A model generated the notes under the pieces. It was not told the DNA's origin, did not search any database, and saw only the letters and a list, made by a program, of their open reading frames with translations. A DNA stretch of 5,813 nucleotides from a virus (taxonomy: Duplodnaviria > Heunggongvirae > Uroviricota > Caudoviricetes), in the IMG/VR virus record IMGVR_UViG_2690316152_000004, positions 1 to 5,813 of that record; one strand, given 5' to 3'. Numbering within the stretch: position 1 is the first letter of the stretch; each line of letters opens with the position of its first letter. Shown one piece after another: positions 1 through 5,554 of this stretch. The translations under genes and the position numbers were made by a program.

Positions 1-41
1 AGCGCAGGCTGATTACGCAGTACCTGTTCGATCTTCGCTTT

Positions 42-180
42 CTAGGAAGCCTCACATTCACCATCTGCACAGGCCACCAGGTATGCGGCGTTAATCACCA
101 CCTGTGCCAGATCGCGTTTTTCAAACTTTTTAATTTCCGTTGCCGCTCTGCGGGCTTTTTTTACCAAAAATACCAAACAT
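42..180 (-). other. Possible small ORF interrupted by a frameshift at an A7 homopolymer (would encode about 45 aa if the run were A6)
   Basis: ATG at 180..178 sits 8 nt downstream of AAGGAA. In frame it reads MFGIFGKKSPQSGNGN then stops at 132..130. The +1 frame after the A7 run (+ strand T-run 156-162) continues as KKARRAATEIKKFEKRDLAQVVINAAYLVACADGECEAS to a TAG at 44..42. No homology recognised. Confidence 0.25.
142..162 (+). terminator. Weak intrinsic-terminator-like hairpin plus T7 tract on the plus strand
   Basis: GCCGC-TCT-GCGGGC forms a 4-5 bp GC stem, followed by TTTTTTT at 156-162. The stem is short and it lies inside the candidate minus-strand small ORF. Confidence 0.25.
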
Positions 181-310
181 CGTGACGTTCCTTTGGGTGG
201 GTGAGCCAACGCCCGGGAGCGATCTGCCCACAGAGAAAGTCACACTGACCACTCCGTAAGCTCACCCCCGAAAGGCTCTGTGGTTGATATGCACCGGGCG
301 TGGCGCAGAT

Positions 311-338
311 ACAAAAAAGGCCCGCCGAAGCGAGCCTG
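311..338 (-). terminator. Rho-independent terminator directly downstream of the tRNA pair
   Basis: Minus-strand RNA reads GGCUCGC-UUCG-GCGGGCC (7-bp stem with one G-U pair, UUCG tetraloop; + strand 319-336) followed by UUUUUU (311-318). Confidence 0.7.
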
Positions 339-349
339 GAAAATAAGTG

Positions 350-426
350 TGGCGCGTTGTAGTGGAGTCGAACCACTGACCGATTGCTTAGAAGGCAATT
401 GCTCTGTCCGGCTGAGCTAACAACGC
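350..426 (-). tRNA. tRNA-Arg, anticodon UCU (reads AGA)
   Basis: Reverse complement gives a 77-nt cloverleaf: acceptor GCGTTGT/ACAACGC, D-arm GCTC...GAGC, anticodon stem ATTGC/GCAAT with loop CTTCTAA, T-arm AGTGG-TTCGACT-CCACT, discriminator G and encoded CCA. It resembles the argN/argO-type tRNAs found downstream of Q in lambdoid and Stx prophages. Confidence 0.9.
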
Positions 427-526
427 AGAATACCGATAATGGACCGCCATCGGGGACCCGCCCCCGCACCAACAACCCTGTTATGGTGTCGTCTGCTCTT
501 CCTGATAAGCTAATGGCGGTATGTGA

Positions 527-602
527 TGGTGGCCCTTGCTGGATTTGAACCAGCGACCTGGCGATTATGAGTCGCTCGCTCTCACCACTGAGCTAAAGGG
601 CC
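527..602 (-). tRNA. tRNA-Ile2 (anticodon CAU, lysidine type; formally CAT, so Met cannot be excluded from sequence alone)
   Basis: Reverse complement is GGCCCTTTAGCTCAGTGGTGAGAGCGAGCGACTCATAATCGCCAGGTCGCTGGTTCAAATCCAGCAAGGGCCACCA, 76 nt, with a perfect 7-bp acceptor stem, anticodon loop CTCATAA and T-loop TTCAAAT. It is closely similar to E. coli ileX/ileY-type tRNA-Ile2 as I recall it, not to elongator or initiator tRNA-Met. Confidence 0.88.
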
Positions 603-651
603 GGGACCAGAATAATAATGGTGCGAAATTAATTCTGCAATCTCATCCGTT

Positions 652-1701
652 TCAAACGATTAAATCCTGAACTTCCCTGACTGTCTGCTCAAAACGTTCA
701 GTCTCCAGCTCAACGCCAATTGCACGACGCCCGAGCGCCAGTGCCGCTTTTACCGTTGAACCTGAGCCCATAAAAAAATCTGCAACCAGGTCACCCGGAC
801 GACTGCTTGCGCTGATTATCTGCTGCAGCATTTCTGCCGGTTTTTCGCACGGATGTTTCCCGGGATAGAACTGCACCGGTTTATGTGTCCACACATCCGT
901 GTACGGCACCTGCGCCGTCACACCAAAATACCGCCGCAGATGCTTATATTCACTCTGCAGCTCCGCATACTGTCGGTTCAGAGAGGCATACGTATCCACC
1001 AGCTGGTGGTGGGGCTTTTCCAGTTCACCCCGCTGATGCTTCTCTTCTGCCACCCGGGCAAACAGTGCCTGTAATTTCAGATAATCGCTTTCGTTCGGCA
1101 GCTGCCACTGACCGGCACTGAACCAGTGCGACACCATGTTTTTCTTTCCTGTGGCATCTGCAATCTGTTTTGCCGTTATCCCCAGGACAGCGCGCGCATC
1201 ACGAAAGTAAGCAATCAGCGGGGCCATCACATGCTGTTTCAGTGCCCTACCCTTCGCCTCATACCCGGCATCTTTCGGACGATACGGCCCCTGATAATGC
1301 TCTGCGAACAGAATGCGCTCTGTGGCGGGGAAATACGCCCGCAGGCTTTCCTTGTTGCACCCGTTCCAGCGTCCGGACGGCTTTGCCCAGATGATATGGT
1401 TCAGCACGTTAAACCGCTCACGCATCATGATTTCGGTGTCAGATGCCAGACGATGGCCACAGAACAGGTAAAGACTTCCGGCAGGTTTCAGCACCCGCCA
1501 GAACTGCGCAAGACACTGGTCCAGCCACTTCAGGTAATCTTCATCACCCGCCCACTGGTTATCCCAGCCCTCGGGTTTCACTTTGAAGTACGGCGGGTCC
1601 GTGACTATCAGGTCAACAGAATTTTCGGGTAACGACCGCATAAATTCCAGGCAGTCGGCGTTGATTAACTCACAACTGGATATTTTTACAGTATTAAGCA
1701 T
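652..1701 (-). CDS. Orphan DNA N6-adenine methyltransferase, beta class (349 aa)
   Basis: ATG at 1701 and TGA at 652. Motif IV DPPY lies near the N-terminus (LIVTDPPYF) and motif I FxGSGS near the C-terminus (FFMGSGSTVKAA), the beta-class order. No restriction endonuclease gene is adjacent. Its position between Q and the tRNA genes matches prophage-encoded methylases. Confidence 0.85.
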   Translation of the reverse strand: MLNTVKISSCELINADCLEFMRSLPENSVDLIVTDPPYFKVKPEGWDNQWAGDEDYLKWLDQCLAQFWRVLKPAGSLYLFCGHRLASDTEIMMRERFNVLNHIIWAKPSGRWNGCNKESLRAYFPATERILFAEHYQGPYRPKDAGYEAKGRALKQHVMAPLIAYFRDARAVLGITAKQIADATGKKNMVSHWFSAGQWQLPNESDYLKLQALFARVAEEKHQRGELEKPHHQLVDTYASLNRQYAELQSEYKHLRRYFGVTAQVPYTDVWTHKPVQFYPGKHPCEKPAEMLQQIISASSRPGDLVADFFMGSGSTVKAALALGRRAIGVELETERFEQTVREVQDLIV

Positions 1702-1837
1702 GGATCATTAAGCCTGTCTCTGATAGGCTCATTCTGCTTTTGCGCAAAGCAGTGGGCCTGAGGTTTGCTTGTGAACCCAACGCATGAGCAGATGGCTGGT
1801 GGGTGCCCCTTACACCCACCAGCCGCCCATTTACCAC

Positions 1838-1866
1838 AAATAAAAAAGCCTTCAGGACTGAAGGCG
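1838..1866 (-). terminator. Rho-independent terminator at the 3' end of the small HTH-like ORF
   Basis: Minus-strand RNA reads GCCUUCA-GUCC-UGAAGGC (7-bp perfect stem; + strand 1848-1865) followed by UUUUUUAUUUG. The hairpin overlaps the last codons and stop of ORF 1852..2049. Confidence 0.65.
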
Positions 1867-2049
1867 TCTGTAACAACCAAACTGATAGTCTGCCAGACCC
1901 GCCATAACCAGCTGGGTCAGTATTAACTGGCAGCGTTCGCGTGAAAGGTAAGTATTCTGCGCAATCTCCCCGACTGTCGCCGGGTCGGTAACGCTTAATT
2001 CATTAAACACCACTCTGGCGGTTTCTGTCATATCCTGCTGTTTCAGCAT
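1852..2049 (-). CDS. Small hypothetical protein (65 aa) with a helix-turn-helix-like segment
   Basis: ATG at 2049..2047 is preceded by GGAAAAGGGAAAAAGAC (SD-like AAGGGA about 7 nt upstream). The protein is MLKQQDMTETARVVFNELSVTDPATVGEIAQNTYLSRERCQLILTQLVMAGLADYQFGCYRRLQS. The track ORF starting at 2172 begins on GTG inside the terminator and is unlikely. No family recognised. Confidence 0.5.
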   Translation of the reverse strand: MLKQQDMTETARVVFNELSVTDPATVGEIAQNTYLSRERCQLILTQLVMAGLADYQFGCYRRLQS

Positions 2050-2170
2050 GTCTTTTTCCCTTTTCCGGTTAACGTGACACACCAATAACTCTTGTCGAAA
2101 AAGCCAGCAACCTGAAAGAACGGTATTAATAACCACCAGCGAATTTATTGCGCTGCTGTATATTACGGAC

Positions 2171-2193
2171 ACAAAAAAACCACCTTCCGGTGG
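2171..2193 (-). terminator. Rho-independent terminator downstream of the Q-like gene (tR'-like by position)
   Basis: Minus-strand RNA reads CCACC-GGAA-GGUGG (5-bp GC-rich stem, GNRA-type tetraloop; + strand 2180-2193) followed by UUUUUUU (2173-2179), about 100 nt downstream of the Q-like stop. Confidence 0.75.
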
Positions 2194-2290
2194 CTTCCTT
2201 GTGCGAAAAAACTTGCATTTCGCCTCGCGATACAGCTTTGCGAAGCTTACAGGAATTCAAGCTGTTTCTGCGTAAAAAAGCAAGCTTTTT

Positions 2291-2833
2291 TTATCGAAAT
2301 GAATCGTGCATAGGTACATAAAGCATGTGTTCAGCCACGGCTAACCAACCTGCAATACGTTTCTCACATGTGCTGAAACACCATTCCGGGTGAGTACGAT
2401 TTAAACATTCTGCCATTTTTCTCTTACTCATTCCCCGTCCTTCGTACCTTTGCCGGAGAATATTGATTAGCCCGGGATATTCCCCAAGCACCTCACTGAT
2501 AACGCGATCAATAATCAACGCCTCTGTGTCTGTACAATGTGACAACCAGCTCTTCTGCTTCCCTCTGGTCATATCCCGAAAAAATGCCTCAAGTTCCGGT
2601 TTTTCCAGCCCGGATTTCTTCATGCTGCGTAAAACCTCATTAACTGCTGTTTTCGTCAGCTTTTTCGAAACCAGTAACCGGTTAAACATATTTCCGGATT
2701 TATCCCCACCGATATACGACCACCGCCCCCACATCCGTAATTTCCCCTGGATCCAGACTGCTTCCAGCGTGTTCAGGCGTAAATGTTCGCCGCTTTTGCC
2801 TGTAATTTCCGGATATATCATATTTACGCTCAC
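2291..2833 (-). CDS. Putative late-gene antitermination protein Q-like (180 aa)
   Basis: It lies immediately downstream of rusA with a GTGA stop/start overlap, and an alternative ATG is at 2821. It is followed by an intrinsic terminator, the classical Q to tR' arrangement. The N-terminal WGRW motif (LRMWGRWSYIGG) resembles the WGAW motif of Q21/QuuD-type antiterminators. The family call is from memory and position, not a search. Confidence 0.6.
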   Translation of the reverse strand: MSVNMIYPEITGKSGEHLRLNTLEAVWIQGKLRMWGRWSYIGGDKSGNMFNRLLVSKKLTKTAVNEVLRSMKKSGLEKPELEAFFRDMTRGKQKSWLSHCTDTEALIIDRVISEVLGEYPGLINILRQRYEGRGMSKRKMAECLNRTHPEWCFSTCEKRIAGWLAVAEHMLYVPMHDSFR

Positions 2834-3189
2834 TCACTCTCAATTTTGTAAATCTTCACACCCAGCCGTCCACCAGATACTGGCTGACCACGTACAATAT
2901 TGATTTCATCAAACTGCTCATCGTCCATTAGCACCCCCGCATGCGTCAGCGCATCCAGCGGCGCTTTCAGAATATTGTCCAGGTCACGGCGGCGCTTATC
3001 CGGTGGCTCGGCAATAATCTTTATCGCCAGCCTTCCGGACAGGTTTAATTTCAGCCGCTGCTGGCGAACAATAAGTGCCACATCCCGGCGATAACGCTCA
3101 CCGGCTTTTGATACAAAATATGTGCTGCCACGACGTCGCCAGTAGGTGTTCACCGTCGGCGGGTAAGGCAAAACAAACTCTATACGCAT
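2830..3189 (-). CDS. rusA: Crossover junction endodeoxyribonuclease RusA (Holliday junction resolvase), 119 aa
   Basis: ATG at 3189 with SD AAGAGG about 7 nt upstream; TGA at 2830. The translation carries RusA hallmarks (PPTVNTYW, DKRRRDLDNILKAPLDALTHAGVLMDDEQ), matching the remembered E. coli RusA motifs PDRRRRDLDN...DAL...DD. Confidence 0.92.
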   Translation of the reverse strand: MRIEFVLPYPPTVNTYWRRRGSTYFVSKAGERYRRDVALIVRQQRLKLNLSGRLAIKIIAEPPDKRRRDLDNILKAPLDALTHAGVLMDDEQFDEINIVRGQPVSGGRLGVKIYKIESE

Positions 3190-3201
3190 CAGTAACCTCT
3201 T

Positions 3202-4125
3202 TTACCCGAGCACGCCGGTTGCAAAGGCGTGATCAAGAAAACGAAAAATTAAATCAACCTGGGAACCATGCTTTTCTTCGAACGCCAGCGGATCCGCATG
3301 AAGCTCGTTGTGATGCTCCCGACACAGCGGTAGCGTGAAAATATCGTGGGATTTTGTTCCCATTCCGCCCTGACCATGACCAATCAGATGATGAGGATCG
3401 TCCGCTGGCTTACCACAACACGCACACGGCTGTGTCTTTACCCAGCGTGTGTATTTCTCATTTACCCAGCGGCGACGTTTAGGTCGTTTCATGAAGGATT
3501 CCGGAGACTCCGGATCAACGGCAATGCTTACCACCGTCTTTTCCTGTGGCGGGTTTTGCTGGTGGGCGTGAGGCAGCGGCGCAAGATTTTTTGTGCGCTG
3601 TTTCAGGATGCTGGTGGCTGTCTGTTCTCCCGGTATGATGTCGCTTTCGCGGTACACCGAGCGGATTTTTTCCGCACGTAACCCCAGAGAACGACGTAAT
3701 GCTGCCTCTGGTAGCGCATCCGCCACCTGATTGCAGACCGCCCACCAGGATAATTCACCCAGAGATAATTCCCGCTCCTGCGTGCCATTCATTGCATGGC
3801 GTATGACGTCAATCATCCATGCTGACAAATTTTGGTGAGCAAGTTGCCCGAGTGATTCGGAGGTCTGGTCACGCAACTGGTTGTCGCAGTGCCAGCACAA
3901 CACCATTGCGCCGGTACCATAACGGTGAATGACAGTTTCGCTGTGGTGATAATCGCCGTGTGGCCACTGGCAGGATTTAATATGGCGCAACAGCCAGTCA
4001 GACAATGCACCAGCACCACCAGCAGCACGAATCACTCGTTCGTCGCTGAAAAATGGCAGCAATGTTTTGTCTTCCACCAGCGGATGGCGAACGGCAGGAA
4101 CGACCCCGGACGGCAGATTACGCAT
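3202..4125 (-). CDS. ydfU: YdfU-like DUF968 protein with HNH-type Cys/His motifs, downstream copy (native C-terminus, N-terminus removed by the duplication junction)
   Basis: TAA at 3202. The first in-frame ATG after the duplication junction is at 4125..4123 (MRNLPSGVV...), giving 307 aa. The track's longer 345-aa form starts at TTG 4239 and reads the upstream copy's 3' end out of frame, so it is unlikely. C-terminal motif: CACCGKPADDPHHLIGHGQGG...CREHHNELH. N-terminal module: CQWPHGDYHH...CWHCDNQ. The YdfU/DUF968 assignment is by length, motif and Qin-like synteny (ydfU-rem-hokD), from memory. Confidence 0.7.
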   Translation of the reverse strand: MRNLPSGVVPAVRHPLVEDKTLLPFFSDERVIRAAGGAGALSDWLLRHIKSCQWPHGDYHHSETVIHRYGTGAMVLCWHCDNQLRDQTSESLGQLAHQNLSAWMIDVIRHAMNGTQERELSLGELSWWAVCNQVADALPEAALRRSLGLRAEKIRSVYRESDIIPGEQTATSILKQRTKNLAPLPHAHQQNPPQEKTVVSIAVDPESPESFMKRPKRRRWVNEKYTRWVKTQPCACCGKPADDPHHLIGHGQGGMGTKSHDIFTLPLCREHHNELHADPLAFEEKHGSQVDLIFRFLDHAFATGVLG

Positions 4126-4981
4126 GCTTTTCTTCGAACGCCAGCGGATCCGCATGAAGCTCGTTGTGATGCTCCCGACACAGCGGTAGCGTGAAAATAT
4201 CGTGGGATTTTGTTCCCATTCCGCCCTGACCATGACCAATCAGATGATGAGGATCGTCCGCTGGCTTACCACAACACGCACACGGCTGTGTCTTTACCCA
4301 GCGTGTGTATTTCTCATTTACCCAGCGGCGACGTTTAGGTCGTTTCATGAAGGATTCCGGAGACTCCGGATCAACGGCAATGCTGACCACCGTCTTTTCC
4401 TGTGGTGGGTTCTGTTGCTGGTGGGTGTGAGGCGGTAGCGCAATATTTTTTGTGCGCTGCTTCAGTATGCTGGTGGCGGTCTGCTCTCCCGGCACGATGT
4501 CGCTTTCACGGTACATTGAGCGGATTTTTTCCGCACGCCCCCCCAGCGAACGACGTAATACCGCTTCCGGTAGCGCGTCCGCCACCTGATTGCGGACCGC
4601 CCACCAGGATAATTCAGCCAAAGATAATTCACGCTCCTGCGTACCGCTTATTGCGTGACCGATGACGTCAATCATCCATGCTGACAGGTTTTGATGAGCA
4701 AGTTGCTCGAGTGATTCGGATGTCTGGTCACGCAGCTGGTTGTCGCAGTGCCAGCACAACACCATTGCGCCGGTACCATAACGGTGAATGACAGTTTCGC
4801 TGTGATGATAATCGCCGTGTGGCCACTGGCAGGATTTAATATGGCGCAACAGCCAGTCAGACAATGCACCAGCACCACCAGCAGCACGAATCACTCGTTC
4901 GTCGCTGAAAAATGGCAGCAATGTTTTGTCTTCCACCAGCGGATGGCGAACGGCAGGAACGACCCCGGACGGCAGATTACG
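3267..4981. repeat. Head-to-tail tandem duplication: two units of about 856 and 859 bp (3267-4122 and 4123-4981) inside the ydfU-like gene
   Basis: CATGCTTTTC occurs at 3267, 4123 and 4982. The units are identical for the first ~262 bp, differ at about 45 positions plus one 3-bp indel across the central ~350 bp, and show a single difference in the last ~240 bp. Confidence 0.9.
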
Positions 4982-5107
4982 CATGCTTTTCGGTTCCGGC
5001 TCCACCAGTACCCGGGTATTGTGAAATACCTGCATGGATTCACGACCTGGCTTAAGGGCCACCAGCCCGAGTTCCGGTACCAGAACAGGTCGAAGTAATA
5101 CCCGCAC
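4118..5107 (-). CDS. YdfU-like DUF968 protein, upstream copy (native N-terminus, C-terminus truncated at the duplication junction); possibly a pseudogene
   Basis: GTG at 5107 is preceded by a strong SD (TGGAGGT, about 5 nt spacing); an alternative ATG is at 5035. The protein ends ...LAFEEKHA then TAA at 4118, whereas the downstream copy continues ...LAFEEKHGSQVDLIFRFLDHAFATGVLG. Both Cys/His modules are retained. Confidence 0.7.
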   Translation of the reverse strand: MRVLLRPVLVPELGLVALKPGRESMQVFHNTRVLVEPEPKSMRNLPSGVVPAVRHPLVEDKTLLPFFSDERVIRAAGGAGALSDWLLRHIKSCQWPHGDYHHSETVIHRYGTGAMVLCWHCDNQLRDQTSESLEQLAHQNLSAWMIDVIGHAISGTQERELSLAELSWWAVRNQVADALPEAVLRRSLGGRAEKIRSMYRESDIVPGEQTATSILKQRTKNIALPPHTHQQQNPPQEKTVVSIAVDPESPESFMKRPKRRRWVNEKYTRWVKTQPCACCGKPADDPHHLIGHGQGGMGTKSHDIFTLPLCREHHNELHADPLAFEEKHA

Positions 5108-5108
5108 G

Positions 5109-5387
5109 TTACCTCCAGATCCGTTGCTGGAATGTGCGGGACGGACGCGGTGGGCGTTCGGAGTAAGGAAGCCTGACGGAGATTATCCAGTGACGGTAGT
5201 CGAGGCTGAGGGCTTTCTTAATCTCGTATCCGCGCCTGCGGTAACACTGAATCAGCCATTCAGCCTGTTCTTCGGTGCAGGGGTCGTGCTGATACCAGTC
5301 AGATTTGAATGCATGAGAACGCCGCCCGTGCCTGCTGGCAGGGGCGGCAGAGTTATCCGAATTGTAAAATTTGGTATCGTGCGCCAT
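5109..5387 (-). CDS. Small hypothetical protein (92 aa); Rem-like by position between hok and the ydfU-like gene
   Basis: The only in-frame ATG is at 5387..5385; the track start at 5516 is GTG and would place the hok terminator inside the ORF. TAA at 5109 lies 1 nt before the ydfU-like GTG. No motif recognised; the Rem assignment is by synteny with K-12 Qin only. Confidence 0.45.
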   Translation of the reverse strand: MAHDTKFYNSDNSAAPASRHGRRSHAFKSDWYQHDPCTEEQAEWLIQCYRRRGYEIKKALSLDYRHWIISVRLPYSERPPRPSRTFQQRIWR

Positions 5388-5460
5388 CTGTTTTCTCTGC
5401 TGGCGCAGCAGGTGCCAGTTGTTCAGGCTGACGGATGGATTGTAAACCAGAACGACCAGA

Positions 5461-5486
5461 AAAAACAAAACCCGCCGAAGCGGGTT
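5461..5486 (-). terminator. Rho-independent terminator downstream of hok
   Basis: Minus-strand RNA reads AACCCGC-UUCG-GCGGGUU (7-bp perfect stem, UUCG tetraloop; + strand 5469-5486) followed by UUGUUUUU (5461-5468). Confidence 0.7.
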
Positions 5487-5554
5487 AAGTGCGGGTGCGT
5501 TGAGGATGCCTGACACATCAGCGGTGGCGAGGGATTTCTCCCCCGCCTGGTCTC

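Noticed and set aside
181-349. A third tRNA gene (a lambdoid ileZ-argN-argO-type trio)
   Set aside because: Neither the segment downstream of tRNA-Arg nor the 427-526 spacer contains a T-loop (GTTCRA) or acceptor/anticodon stem pairing.
161-475. 104-aa minus-strand ORF from the six-frame track
   Set aside because: It runs straight through tRNA-Arg (350-426) and its terminator, has a non-ATG start and no RBS; it is a chance open frame.
853-1632. Four plus-strand ORFs (853..1074, 885..1121, 1126..1632, 1170..1394) inside the methyltransferase gene
   Set aside because: They are antisense to a well-supported CDS with conserved methyltransferase motifs, and their translations are low-complexity and Arg/Pro/His-rich, typical of antisense frames.
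1686-2172. Minus-strand ORFs 1686..1880 and 1694..1876, and the long 106-aa form of 1852..2172
   Set aside because: The first two overlap the methyltransferase start and the terminator hairpin with no RBS. The 106-aa form would start on GTG inside the tR'-like terminator; only the ATG 2049 form has a plausible RBS.
2463-3338. Plus-strand ORFs 2463..2903, 2900..3094 and 3075..3338
   Set aside because: They are antisense to the Q-like gene, rusA and the 3' end of the ydfU-like gene, with no independent support.
4112-4131. Programmed ribosomal frameshift fusing the two ydfU-like copies
   Set aside because: Joining them needs a +1 shift, but there is no recognisable shifty site at the junction and the -1 alternative hits a stop; reinitiation at the overlapping ATG is the simpler reading.
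4126-4239. Long N-terminal extension of the downstream ydfU-like copy (track start at 4239)
   Set aside because: The start is TTG, and the first 38 codons are an out-of-frame reading of the upstream copy's HNH-motif region; the in-frame ATG at 4125 is the more plausible start.
3346-4887. Paired spurious ORFs inside the duplicated units (3346..3681 and 4202..4438 plus; 3813..4028 and 4672..4887 minus; 3889..4194 and 4748..5098 plus; and others)
   Set aside because: They occur twice only because the underlying DNA is duplicated. All are in off frames or antisense to the ydfU-like reading frame, which carries the conserved Cys/His motifs.
3267-4981. Diversity-generating retroelement (template and variable repeat) as the explanation for the two diverged units
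   Set aside because: Differences between the units are a mix of transitions and transversions on all four bases, not adenine-specific; the units are ~857 bp, far longer than typical DGR repeats; and no reverse transcriptase gene is present.
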